Shown one piece after another: positions 34,795 through 47,674 of a DNA stretch of 62,151 bases. The position numbers were made by a program, and so were the translations under genes. Every line of letters begins with the position of its first letter. Within the stretch, counting starts at the first letter, position 1. The notes beneath the pieces are model-generated. The model did no database searches. It worked only from the letters and a program-made list of their open reading frames with translations, and was not told the DNA's origin. Source of the stretch: Stegostoma tigrinum (Eukaryota); assembly GCF_030684315.1 (NCBI RefSeq), contig NC_081358.1:34723828-34785978 (forward strand). The letters are read 5' to 3'.

Positions 34795-37620
34795 TTCATA
34801 GAGTCGTAGAGATATAGGGCACAGGCACAGACCCTTTGGTCCAATCGTCTATGCCGATCACATATCCTAAATTAATCTAATCACATTTACCAGCATTTGG
34901 CCCATATCCTTCTAAATCCTTCCTATTCCTATACCCATCCAGATACCTTTTAAATGTTGTAATTGTACCAGACTCCACCACTTCCTCTGGCAGCTCATTC
35001 CATACAAGCGCCAACCTCCGTGTGAAAAAGTTGCTCCGTAGGACCTTTTTAAATCATTCCCCCTCTCACCTTAAACCTATATCTTCTAGTTTTGGAATCC
35101 CCCACCCTGGGGGAAAGACCTTGCCTATTTACCCTATCAGTGGCCCTGCTGATTTTATGAATCTCCATGATGTCAACCCTCAGCCTCGACTGTGTCAGGA
35201 AAATAGCCCCAGTCTATTGAGCCTTTCCCCATAGCTCAAACCCTCCAAACCTGGCAACATCTGCATAAAACCTTCCAAGTTTCACAATATTCTACCTACA
35301 AGAGGGAGATCAGAATTTCACGCAACACTCCAACAGTGGCCTAACCAATGGCCTGCACAGCTGCAACATGACTTCCCAACTCCTACACGCAGTGCACTGC
35401 CCAATAAAAGCAAGCATACCAAATACCTGCTTCACTACTCTATCTGCGACTCCACTTTCAAGGATCTATGAACCTGTGCTCCAAGACACTCCACAGGACC
35501 TTACCATTAAGTGCATAAGCCCTGTCCTGATTTACCTTATCAAAATGCAGCACCTCACATTTATCTAAATTGAACTCCACCTGCCATTCCTAGGCCTATT
35601 GGCCCATCTGATCAAGATCCCATTGTACTCTGAGGTAACCTTCACTGTCAACTACTCCTCCAATTTTGGTGTCACGTGCAAACTTCCCAACCATACCTCC
35701 TATGCTCATATCCAAATCATTTATACAAATAATAAAAAGCAGTGGACCCAGAACCGATCCTCGTGGCACACGGCTGGTGACAGGTCTCCAGTCTGCGAAG
35801 TAACCCACCACCAATACCCTTTGTCTTCTATCTTTGAGCCAGTTCATTACCCAAAAGGCTAGTTCTTACTGTATTCCATGTGATCTAACCTTGCTAACCA
35901 GTCTGCCATGAGGAACCTTGTCAAACAACCTTCTGAAGTACATATAGATCATGTCTACTGCTCTTCCATCATCAATCCTCTTTGTTGCTTCTTCAAAAAA
36001 CTCCATCAATTTACTAAGACACAAGATTTGCCACACACAAAGCCTTGTGATCATTCCTAATCAGTCCTTGCCTTTCCAAAGGCATGTAAATCCCGTCCCT
36101 CAGGATTCTCTCCAATAACCCTGCTATCAGGCCCACCGGTCTATAGTTCCCTGGCTTTTCCCTACCACCTTTGTTAAATAGTGGTACAATGTTAATCAAC
36201 CCCCAGCCTACTAACATCTCACCTGTGGCTATTGATGATACAAATATCTGAGCAAGGGACCCAGCAATCACTTCCCTAGCTTCCCACAGACTTCTAGGCT
36301 ATAGCTGACCAGGTCTTGGGGATTTATCTACTCTTATGCATGTTAAGACTTCCAGCGTGATCACCCTCTGTGATGTGGACATATTTCCCCACATTCTATA
36401 TCTTCCATATCCTTCTCCACATTAAACGCCAATGCAAAATATTCATTTCGTATCTCTCCCATCTCCTGTGGTTCCAAACATAGACAGCCTTGCTGACCTT
36501 TAAGGGGCCTAATTCTCTCCCTCGTTACCCTTTTATCCTTAATGTATTTGTAGAAACCCATTGAATTCTCCTTAACCCTACTTGCTGTAGCTATCTCATG
36601 TCTCCTTTTTGCCCTCCTGATTTCTCTTTCTGACTTCTCCTACTGCCTTTATACTCTTTTAGGGATTCACCCGATCCCTGCTGTCTATCGCTGACACATA
36701 CTTCCTTCTTGTTCTTAACCAAAACCTTAGTTTCCCTAGTCACCCAGCATTCCCTACACTTACCAGCCTTGCCCATCGCCCTTACAGGAACATACTGTCT
36801 CTGCACACTCGTTCTCATTTTTAAATGCTTCCCATTTTCCAGCCGACCCTTTACCTGTGAACATAGCCCCCCAATCAACTTTTGAATGCCTAATACCATC
36901 GAAATTGGCCTTTGTCCAATTTAGAACTTTAACTTTTAGATCCAGCCTATCCTTTTCCATTGCTATTTTAAAACTAATAGGATTCTGGTCACTGGCCCCA
37001 AAGTGCTCCCCCACTGACAACTCCATCACCTACCCTGTCTTATTTCCCAAGAGCAGGTCTGAGTTTTGTACCTTCTCTATTAGTTACATCCACGTACTGA
37101 AATAAAGAGTTTTCTTGTGCACACTCAAGAAATTCTTCTCCATCTAAGCCTGTAACACTATGGCAGTCCCAGTTTATGGTAAGAAAGTTAAAATCCCTAC
37201 CATAACCACCCTATTATTCTTACAGATATCTGAATCTCCTTATATATTTGATTCTCAGGTTCCCACTGACTATTGGAAAGTCTATAGTACAATCCCAATA
37301 AGGTGGTCATCACTTTCTAATTTCTCAGTCCCACCCAAATAACTTCCCTGGACATTTTCTCAGGAATATCCTCTCTAAGTACAGCTGTAATAATATCCCT
37401 AATCAACATCGCCACTCCCCCTCCCCGCTTGCCCCCCTTTCTATCCTTCCCATAGCACCTATACCCTGGAACATTAAGCTGCCAGTCCTGCCCATCTCTG
37501 TAATTGCTATGATATTCCAGTCTCATGTTCCCAGCCACGTCCTGAGTTGATCTGCCTTACCTGGTAGGCCTCTTGCATTGAAATAAATGCAGTTTAACAT
37601 ATCAGTCCTACCTTGTTCTC
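34795..37620 (-). mobile_element. CR1 LINE spanning most of ORF2 (endonuclease to 3' tail), disrupted
   Basis: CIYFNARGL start, DWQLNVPGYRC..RKGGKRGGGVA, LSVGEHFGASD, PGNYRPV, VPRGSVLGPLLF; tail CTACGACTCTATGA. Confidence 0.93.
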
Positions 37621-38945
37621 TGTCTTATTTCTGCCTGCTCTGACTGATTTTTTCCTTTTCCCAAATGCAGTTCTGCTTTTGTGCGATTGAATTATGTTTC
37701 TATTAAAATTAATGCGTGAGTTTATTCCGTGATTGATCGCCAAGGCCAATCAGCCAGGCTCCACTCTGAGATTTGACTTGTCCAGTACAACCATCGGCTG
37801 GGATCATGGCAATGTATATTCCCCCTTAAAATCAAGGACCAAATCTATTTGCAATACTTTAAGAGTGGTCTCATTAATACTAATAATGTGACAAGACTTT
37901 GCACTTTAATATACCACCCTCCTTGTGATAAAGGCCAAAATTCCAATTGTCCACCAATCACTAGCTGTGGGTGCATGCTGATGTCTTGTGATTCATGTTT
38001 GTTTGCCAATCCTCTCTCCATGCTAATGCACTACACTGGCATCATGAGTTTTCATATTGTGCAGTAACCTTTTACTCAGTACCTTATTGAATGCTATTTG
38101 GAAATCCAAATACAATGCATCAATTGGGTTGCCTTTATCCACGCAGCCTGATACATCCTGAATGAAGTTTAAGAAATGTCCCAATAGAATTTTTTTTCAC
38201 AAAACCATGCTTGATTATGTTATAATTTTCTAAATGTCTTCTTACAAGTGCTGTATAATAGATTGCAGCATTTTCCCAACGATAGATGGTTGAACAAAAT
38301 AATTTCCTGTTACCTGCCTCTCTTCTTCTTTTGTATAAAAGTGCTTTATTTCATTCAATCAAAATCACAAAAACAAAATCAGACCATATAGTGAGTACCA
38401 CGTTGCCTTTTGTGAGTACCTATCCCTGCCAGTTTTTCTACATTGCCTTTCAGAAGAGGTTCATTATTTATGGAATGGTAACACAACGAAATGTGTCTAA
38501 CTTTCATGTCTAGGAAATGGACAGAACCCCATTGGGCTAAACTCAGAAAAGCCCATTACCAATTTTCTGTTTAAGCAGAACTCATGCAGCGAAAGAAATC
38601 TCTTTTGTTACAGTAGCAATAGCAGATGTTACCTGTAATACTTTCATGAATCCAGTGATGTGAAAGGCATCATACAAATGCAAGTTTTTTCCTCCTATTT
38701 TGACTGACCTACAATTCAACTCAATGATTCTTTTCCTGTACAATTATCCGTGACAGCTTGCTGACCTTAATTTCCAGTTCCAACACAGTACTTAGGTCAA
38801 TTCTCTACTTATTGCTAAGAATATTTAACACTGTATAAGACAGTGTTGATTGGTTGGCAAGCTTACTCTGACTGGCAGAGGTGTTGCTACGGAGAATGCA
38901 CCCGTTAAAGCTGCTTGAAAATTAATTGCCAGGCTTTGATCAAAC

Positions 38946-40065
38946 GATAAACCAGTCATTTAAAGTTTTTGAGAAGATTTGTAGCTCAGGTTGTGGATGA
39001 GGTTGTAGATTTGCTCGCCCAGTCAGTAGGTTTGATTGCAGACATTCCGACACCTTGTTAGATAACACATTGAACTGGACCCAATATACAAACCACTGAG
39101 AAACAGAACCAGAAGTGTTGCCAACAATCGCAGCAAACTGAGGCATATAAATAACAAGGGGACAGAGCACCAATGCTTCATCAGAGATGTTGGCGTTCTG
39201 TCCCGCTTGTTATTTATATGCTTCGGTTTGCTGGGCTGGTTAGCATTACAGCTGGTTCTGTGTCTCAGTGGTTTCTATGTCGGGTCCAGTTCAACATGCT
39301 TGTTGATGGAGCTCCATTGGAATGCCAGGCCTCCAGGAATTCCCTGACATTTCTCTGGTTGGCTTGTGCTATTATAGATGTGTTGTCCCAGTCGAATTCG
39401 TGCCCTTCTTTGTCCATGCGTACTGAGACCAGTGAAAATTGGTCGTGTCTCTTGGTAGCTAGTTAGTGTTCACGTATCCTTATTCTCAGTTTTCTTCCAG
39501 TTGGCCTATGTAATGTTTCTCACAGTCCTTGCATGGTATTTTATTTATTACGTTAGTTTTATTGGTTGTGGGTATGGAATCCTTTATGTTCATCAGTAGC
39601 TGTTGCAGGGTGGTTAGAGATAATGGGAACTGCAGATGCTGGAGAATCCAAGATAACAAAGTGTGAAGCTGGATGAACACAGCAGGCCAAGCAGAATCTC
39701 AGGAGCACATGAGATGCTGCTTGGCCTGCTGTGTTCATCCAGCTTCACACTTTGTTATGTTGCAGGGTGGTTGTTGGTTTGTGGGCTACACTGATACCTC
39801 AGGGTCTGAGTAGTCTTGTGATCATCTCTGAAATGTCCTTGCCGTACAGCAGGCTGATGAATGAGGTAACGGTGGATTGTGTTTTTTGGGCATCCATTCC
39901 TTTTAAAATCTCTGTACAAGTGCTCCTGTTCCGTTTTGTGCAATTCCAGGCCACAACCCAAAAAGCACAATCCGCTGTTACCTCTGTGAGAGACGACAAC
40001 AGGAAGACACAACACAGCCAGACTCACTAGTCAACCTACCGTACAGCAATGTCATATCAGAAACA
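38946..40065. mobile_element. Penelope-like element fragments (GIY-YIG) in alternating orientation
   Basis: Minus strand KTNVINKIPCKDCEKHYIGQL...RIREH..ATKRHDQ; same family as 60370..61094; orientation switches at about 39050, 39187 and 39950. Confidence 0.85.
39616..39757 (-). mobile_element. Fold-back mini-PLE family A (no hammerhead core retained), 15-bp TSD
   Basis: TSD TGTTGCAGGGTGGTT at 39601..39615 and 39758..39772; about 37-nt tail, then inverted arms. Confidence 0.9.
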
Positions 40066-40253
40066 ATAGTACCTAAAGCTCAACTCAGGAAAGTCCATCC
40101 TTGATTTTCTGTTTAAAGAGAACTCAAGAACTCATGCAGTGAAAGGAATCTCTTTTGTTACAGTAGCAATAGCAGATGCTGCCTTGGATCAAATGTCGAG
40201 GATCAACTGATACCTTTCTTGACAGGTTTGATTAAAAAGTTATTAAAAGCTAC

Positions 40254-40254
<1 letters not shown>

Positions 40255-40307
<53 letters not shown>
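40255..40307. repeat. Compound (TC)n(AC)n microsatellite
   Basis: Direct reading. Confidence 0.95.
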
Positions 40308-40310
<3 letters not shown>

Positions 40311-40759
40311 AAGCTGATCTTTTAAAATGTGCATTTTTCCTTATAAGCAAACATTAAATGTTATTAGTTTTCATATAATTTCAAAATATTTACGTATACC
40401 ATTCCTCTTCTTCCTGATTATATACTTTATTCATGAAGTATGTGAGAATATGACTCAAACCATTTTCAATGAGAAATCACAGAATTCGCAACATAATTCG
40501 ACTTACCATCAATCATCATACTACACTCTCAGGTGTCTCCATACAATTATGATAGTCTTCATATTTACAACATAAAACCACTTCAATTTGAAAATTTATG
40601 AGGTACAATAAAAATGCATTTTTCTCAATGCATGATATTCACTCTGAGATGTCTCAGTATAATTTCAATAATCTTGACGTTGACATTGTACATTCCTTGT
40701 TAGGTTCTGCAGTTTCTAGCTTCTTGCTATATTATGTCTTAAAGGCTTTAGTCAGTGAC

Positions 40760-41470
40760 CCTTCCCCATTGCACCTCTGAAGCAGCTACCCTGAGCTTTA
40801 GTGCATCCCTGAACACATAGTCTGGGATTTTCTGCCAGTGTGTAACACTCAGTTGAGGACAACCCAAGTACTGGAAGACCAGTGAGCATTGGGCAGACTA
40901 AAGGTGCATCGTTTACTGAGCCTATGGTTTTCAAGATGCAGTGGATGTTAGTCTCAATCTGTGTTGCACAGAGCCCTGCTTCATGGAGCTGCTCAGGATG
41001 AACTTTGACAAAAACCATTGCATCTCTCTGCAGACCTTTGCAAAGGGACAGAAGATGGACTGTGGACTCTTCCCTACCACAGCTACCTCAATGTGCAGAT
41101 GGACAAGGCTCTGGGCATGTATGAAGAACCTGGTGAGAAGGACCTTTCTTACAGACGCTGAGCTGTATCTCCATAGTTCTTTGTAAGTTCTGGTGAAGAG
41201 GCATTCCAACAAGTTATTTTGACAGTCTGCTCAGAGGACTTGTAGCAGCTCCCTTTCCCACAGGACCTCTGGGATGTGATGTGCTGTCTACTACCTGATG
41301 GGTTTGTGATCAAAGATAGTTTTCTGCAAAAAGCTGCCTACAAGGGACAGGTGGTAATGCATCCCCCACCAAGAGAAATGCATGGTAATGTGGACAGACC
41401 CATTGCAGGGAGAGGTAAAACCTCAGCTTGGTGTTTGGATACTGACCATCTCCACACAGCCTGAGGCAGG
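40760..41470 (-). mobile_element. Tx1-clade LINE ORF2 C-terminus relic
   Basis: NASSPEL, VRKVLLTRFFIHAQSL, CPFAKVCREMQWFLSKFILSSS, ETNIHCILKTIGSVNDA, LSSTECYTLA. Confidence 0.75.
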
Positions 41471-43059
41471 TGAACTAAAGTTGCCCTTAGGATGTGGACA
41501 ATGTCGGGTACATTTCCTCCCCCTCACTACAGCATCTTATTTACAAATTAACTTCCTTCAATTGCAAATACTTTTCTTCTGCATATTTATGACTAGTTTG
41601 AACATCAACATAACACATTTAATATGTAGTAACTGTTTTTCTCAAGAAATCAGACTATAAAAGCATAATTGTCCATGCAATGTGCCTATATGGAATGTAT
41701 TAAATTATTTGAGAACCTCAGGACATGTACAAACTGGATTGTAAAATCTCACATTATTACATTCCTTCTTTCAATCGAAGATCAACACAAAGACGGTTTC
41801 CATTGGCTGGGATCACTGACTACAGTAAGATAGATGATACACCCTACTGTACAAAACTGAGCATTTCAGTAACAAATGCAATGTTCATTCAAAAGTAGAC
41901 CTTTAAAAGTGATGAATGAAAGGATCTGACATAATGAGAGCATTGCCTGTTGACTCAGATTTGCCTTTGGTAATGAGCACACATTTCACCAGAGATACTC
42001 AATCTAATGCACTGGTGTGCTGTTACATTGTATATTGATACTGATCTGAACAATTAAAGTAAATTCATGAAGCAATGGTCAATGGAAAGACCTGCATCTA
42101 GAAATGAAAACAAAATATTTTGGAGATGTTTAACCAATAGGTTAGCTTTTGTGTCATAATTTTCCTTACTGGTTACCATATTGAGGTGATGTTATGGCCA
42201 AGTAATGTGAAATGCAATAGTTTGATCGAACATGAGGGGTTCCGTCATGCAATGTGGAAGTGGGATTGATGGAGAGCCCGGTATGTACCAGATTCTTAGA
42301 AAATCAGACATGGGAGCACAGGGCTAGCAACATCCTCCAAGTGCCTGAATGTCAAAAATATAACACAATCCAAAAGTATTGCATTCGTTGGTGGCAACAG
42401 GCTACTCAAACTCACTACTGCCTCTGCTGATTGTTTTGCTGTTGGTAAATTATTAGACTCTCTAACTAACATTCAGTCCCAAATGAATGGAAATCTCCTT
42501 CAAATAAGTATGGGGAAAATGGAAACCCCACTGTAAATCCTTTCCTTATCAACCTAACCAACCCAAATCTCTAACAACAGTTTGAGTTTCAGAAAATCTG
42601 ATTCACAACATTCATGTCATCCTTGCCCTGCGGTGACCTTCCAAACTTATATTGGGGTTATATTGAAAATATTATTTCTACCTCAGTAACATTGCTCAAC
42701 TTTACCTCTATCTCAGCACTTCCACTGCTGGAGCCCTTATTTGTGTCATTGTTATCTCTAGACTTGACTACTACAAGGCTTTCCTGGTTGGTGTCTCACA
42801 TTCTGTACTGAGCAAACACGAGGTAATCTAATATCCTGCCAATCATGTCCAAGCTCACATCAAATCCCATTCCCCTTTCACCCCCACTCAAGTTGACTCC
42901 TGTTTAATAAACGCATTGATTTTTAACTTCTTTCCCTTGGTTCCAAATCCCATGATGTTGTCACTCCTCCACTATCTCTGCTAAGATGTAACCCACAGGA
43001 CAGATAGAGCGGAACAGCAGGTATGGTACACCAAAATAATTCCAAAATACATACAATAG

Positions 43060-43430
43060 TATGCTACATAAACACTTAATAAGAAGGTTAGGTGCTACAA
43101 AGTTGGTGGGAATATATCAGATAGTGCCACAAAGTGTCAGCATCAACAAGACATTTTCAAGATAGCAGGCTGTGACTAGTGGAGTATATTAGAAATGTCA
43201 GTCCTGTGGCTGCAAGTGTTTACAATCTACATTCATTATGTAGATGAATATGCAAGGAGCTGTGTGTCTAAGTTTACTGATGGTACAAAGCAAGGTCGAA
43301 AGATAAAATATGGGAGGTCAAAAAGACTGCAGAGAGATACAGCCAGGTAAATGGGCAACCAGATGGCAGATGGAGTAGAATGTATAGGAGTGTGAGTTTA
43401 TTTATTTTGATTGGAACAATAGAGAAGTAA
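43060..43430 (+). mobile_element. Old CR1 RT fragment
   Basis: QAVTSGV, LFTIYI, SKFTDGTK and WQME in order. Confidence 0.7.
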
Positions 43431-43595
43431 TGGCCTGTAACTTTGGACTTATTCTGATGGACACAAGAGGGAGAAGCAACCTTTACCTGCCATGTCTCCT
43501 ACAGCCAATCGTCCAAACTCCAGTTGCTCATGGGACTCTCCATCACTGAAAAGCACAGCACACAGGGAGCAAAGCCATACCCATCCATGATGCCA

Positions 43596-43741
43596 GAGAT
43601 AATGGGAACTGCAAATGCTGGAGAATCCGACATAACAAAGTGTGGAGTTGGTTGGATAAACACAGCAGGCCAAGCAGCATCTTCTGTGCTCCTAAGATGC
43701 TGCTTGGCCTGCTGTGTTCATCCTGCTCCACACTTTGTTAT
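43596..43741 (-). mobile_element. Fold-back mini-PLE family A (no hammerhead core), imperfect TSD
   Basis: TC(C/T)ATGATGC(C/T)A at 43584..43595 and 43742..43753; tail GAGATAATGGGAACTGC, then inverted arms. Confidence 0.8.
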
Positions 43742-44584
43742 TCTATGATGCTAGAGAAGTTGGCAATGCTACTTGCAGGCAACAGCAAAGAGCATTGGGA
43801 TTTACATCAAAAAAATCAATAAATCCTCTGCTGCATTTTTCATAGCTTTCAAACATTTAATGTTATTGATATCAACTAATTTTAAACATAATGATTTTCT
43901 TTATTTCTCTTTAACATTCAATGGCATTGTTACTTAATAATTTTCAGTGTAGTTAGTTTTTCTTGATTTACATTCAATGATTCTTACAGAATGAATGTGG
44001 CTGAGTGACATGAGTTGACATAATGCCATGGATGAAGTAGATAGGTAAGGTTTGAGGCTATTATCTGGGTAGGAGACATCTGGGGTGGCAGTGGGTAAAT
44101 TGGTGATTGGGTGCAATGTGGCAGGTCAGTATGTTAGTAGCTCGGTAGGATGGTGAAGCAGCAGGTGAGTCAGGTGGCAGGGTGGCAGGAAGGTGAGGGG
44201 ATGGTGTGGGTCAGGGAGAGTTAGGTCTGTGTCAGGAGCTTGGTGCTGGGAGGATGTAGATTTTAAAGGGTAGAGATGGATTGCTGAGGGAAGACAGGAT
44301 TACTAGATGAGAATAATTAATTTTAACATTTACCCAGCATGTTTTTATGAATCCAACATTTTCTCGTTAACTCTTCGGGTAGGTAATTTGGGAAACTTTG
44401 ATCCTATCTCAGATCTTGTGACTCTTCCGGAGCTGTATGTTGGACAATCTTCCCAGGCAATTCCCTGGTAGTGACATGCATTGAGATCTCAGCAAGGCCC
44501 TGACGTACATTTCCAATCTATGTTATTGCAACCAGAAGGCCACTCCCAGAGAATCTGGACCAATATTTTCTGAAAAGTCTGAAA

Positions 44585-45240
44585 TAGAACAAAGAACAGT
44601 ACAGCACAGAAATAGTTCATCTGGCATACCAAGACATAGAATGCCTTACTAAAATAAAGACATTTTGCATCTATGCCATCCATATCCCTCTGGACCCTAC
44701 CTACCCTTATATCTGTCAAGATGCCTCTTAACTGCTGCTATTGTATCCACCTCCACCATACCCTCTCATAGCTCATTCTAGGCACTTAACCGCTAAAAAA
44801 AACTTGCCTCTTGCATCTCCTTTAAGCTTACTCCCCTTATACCTTAATCCTATTTCCCCTAGTACTTGACATTTCTCCCCTTGGGCTAAAAAAGGACACT
44901 GACTATTCACTCCATTCCGGTGCCTCTAACAATGTTGTAAACTGGTCACCTCCCTCATTGTTCGGCATTTAAGTGAAAACAAACCAAGTTTGTCCAATGT
45001 CTTCGCATAGCTAATACCCTCCAAACCAGGCAACATCCTGATAAACAATTTCTGTTCCATCTCCAAGCCTCCATATTCTTTCTGATTGTGTACAGTTCTA
45101 GTTGCCACACAATGTTCCAAGTGTGATCTAAGTAAAGTTCGACACAGCTACAATAAATAAGTTGTCAATTTTTATACTCTATGCCCTGACTGATGAAGGC
45201 AAGCATTCTATATGCCCTCTTGACCACCTTATCCATGTGT
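44585..45240 (-). mobile_element. CR1 3' part
   Basis: RMLPGLEGISYAKTLDKLGLFSL; tail (GTTCT)-like. Confidence 0.85.
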
Positions 45241-45404
45241 ATTGGCTGTTCAATAAGAGCGCTTGACAATGTGTCCATTTTACGTATTTTCCTTGGTCAT
45301 ACATGATTGCAGCTTCATACTTCAGTCAGCTCAATTGAAATCTTTGCTCTCAGTGGAATCCTTATCAGTTCTTTGGCACTTAACAATGTTATTGACGGCT
45401 TAAC

Positions 45405-47315
45405 AAAGAGAACAAAGAAAATTGCAGCACAAGAACAGACCCTTCGGCCCTCAAAGCCTGTGCTGATTGAGATCCTCTGTCTAAACCTGCCACCTATTTT
45501 CTAAAGAGCCTGTGCCCCTTTGCTCCCCGCCCATCCATGTAGCTGTCCAGATACATTTTAAAAGGACATTATCATGTCTGCAACTACCACCTCTGCTGGC
45601 AATGCATTCCAGGTACCCACCGCCCTCTTGCGTAAAGAACTTTCCATGCATATCTCCCTTAAACTTTCTTCCTCTCACTTTGAACTCATGACCCCTAGTA
45701 ATTGAGTCCCCCACTCTGGGAAAAAGCTTCTTGCTATCCACCCTGTCTATATGCCTCATGATTTTGTAGACTTCAATCAGGTCCCCCCTCAATCTCCATC
45801 TTTCTATTGAAAATAATCCTAATCTAGTCAACCTTTCTTCATAGCTAGCACCCTCCATACCAGGCAACATCCTGGTGAACCCTCCTGTACCCTCTCCAAA
45901 GCATCCACATCCTTTTGGTAATGTGGCGACCAGAACTGTACACAGTACTTCAAAGGTGGCTGATCCACAGTCTTATACAACTGTAACATGACCTGCTAAC
46001 CCATGTACTCAATATCCCGTCCGATGAAGGAAAGCATGCTGTATGCCTTCTTGACCACTCTATTGACCTGCGTTGCCACCTTCAGGACTTTTCCATTTAC
46101 TGTATAGTTCAATCTTGAATTAGATCTTCCAAAATGCATCACCTCGCATTTGCCCGGATTGAACTCCATCTGCCATTTGTCTGCCCAACTCTCCAATCTA
46201 CCTATATTCTGCTGTAATCTCCAACAGTCCCCTTCACTATCAGCTACTCCACCAATCTTCATGTCACCTGAAAACTTGCTAGTCAGACCACCTACACCTT
46301 CCTCCAAATCATTTATGTGTATCACAAACAACAGTGGTCCACACACAGATCCCTGTGGAACACACTGGCCATAGGTCTCCAAGTTGAGAAACCCCCTTCC
46401 ACTACTACTCTGTCTTCTGTTGCCTAGCCAGTTTTTTATCCATCTTGCTAGCACACCTTGGACCCCATGTGACTTCACTTTCCCCATCAACCTGCCATGG
46501 GGAACCTTATCAAATGCCTTACTGAAGTCCATGTATGTGACAGCTACAACCTTTCCCTCATCAATCAACTTTGTGATGTTCTCAAAGAACTCTACTAAGT
46601 TGGTAAGACATGACCTTCCCTGCACAAAACTATGTTGTCGATCACTGATAAGCCCATTTTCTTCCAAATGGGAATAGATCCTATCCCTCAGTATCTTCTC
46701 CAGCAGCTACCCTACAACTGACGTCAGGCTCACTGGTCGATAATTACCTGGATTATCCCTGCAACCCTTCTTAAGCAAGGGGACAACATTAGCAATTCTC
46801 CAGTCCTCTGGGACCTCACCCCTGTCTAAGGATGCTGCAAAGATGTGTGTTAAGGCCCTGGCTATTTCCTCTCTCGCTTCCCTCAACAACCTGGGATCGA
46901 TCCCATCTGGACCTGGGGACTTGTCCACCTTAATGCCTTTTAGGATACCCTACACTTCCCCCCCCCTTATGCCGACTTGTCCTAGAGTAATCAAACATCT
47001 ATCCCTAACCTCTACATCCATCATGTCCCTCTCCTTGGTGAATACTGATGCAAAGTACTCGTTAAGAATGTCACGCATTTTCCCTGACTCAATGCATCAC
47101 TTTCCTTCTTTGTCCTTAAGTGGGCCAGTCCTTTCTCTAGTTACCCTCTTGCTCTTTATATATGAATAAAAGGCTTTGGGATTTTCCTTAACCATGTTTG
47201 CTAAAGATTTCTCATGTCCCCTTTTAGCCCTCTTAATTCCTCGTTTCAGATTCATCCAACATTCCCGGTATTCTTCCAAAGCTTCATCTGTCTTCAGTCA
47301 CCTAAACCTTAGGTA
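45405..47315 (-). mobile_element. CR1 LINE, comparatively well preserved
   Basis: ORFs 45996..46667 (GRSCLTNL..DFSKAFDKVPHGRL..VPQGSV.GPLLF), 46707..46928 and 45481..45870. Confidence 0.93.
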
Positions 47316-47674
47316 TGGCTTGTGATTTGTTTCATGGGAAATTTCAGACCTGAGGTATAAAATGAAAATGTTTTGCATGCCTCTGTCATTGCCAATTCTT
47401 CCATCTCAATTATTACATATCTTTGCTCTATTTCTATGAAGGACCTGGTTACATGGTGGACTGGTCTATGTTTTCTGTCCTTTTGGATGTAGAAAATTAT
47501 TTGTTCCTTATCTGGTCAATGTTACATCTGTTGCTCATAATTCTGAACTGTAGTGAGCCAGCATTACTGGTAAAATGAGAATTACCTTCATTCTCTCAAG
47601 TGGTGTCTACAAATGTTTGTACCAAAACCATATTTTTTTTTCACTTTCAGAGCATTGAAAGCCTTTGGAATTCC

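Noticed and set aside
45996-46667. 223-aa RT ORF as an active retrotransposon
   Set aside because: The catalytic motif is altered (FSGD), there are internal deletions and frameshifts, and the element is 5'-truncated.
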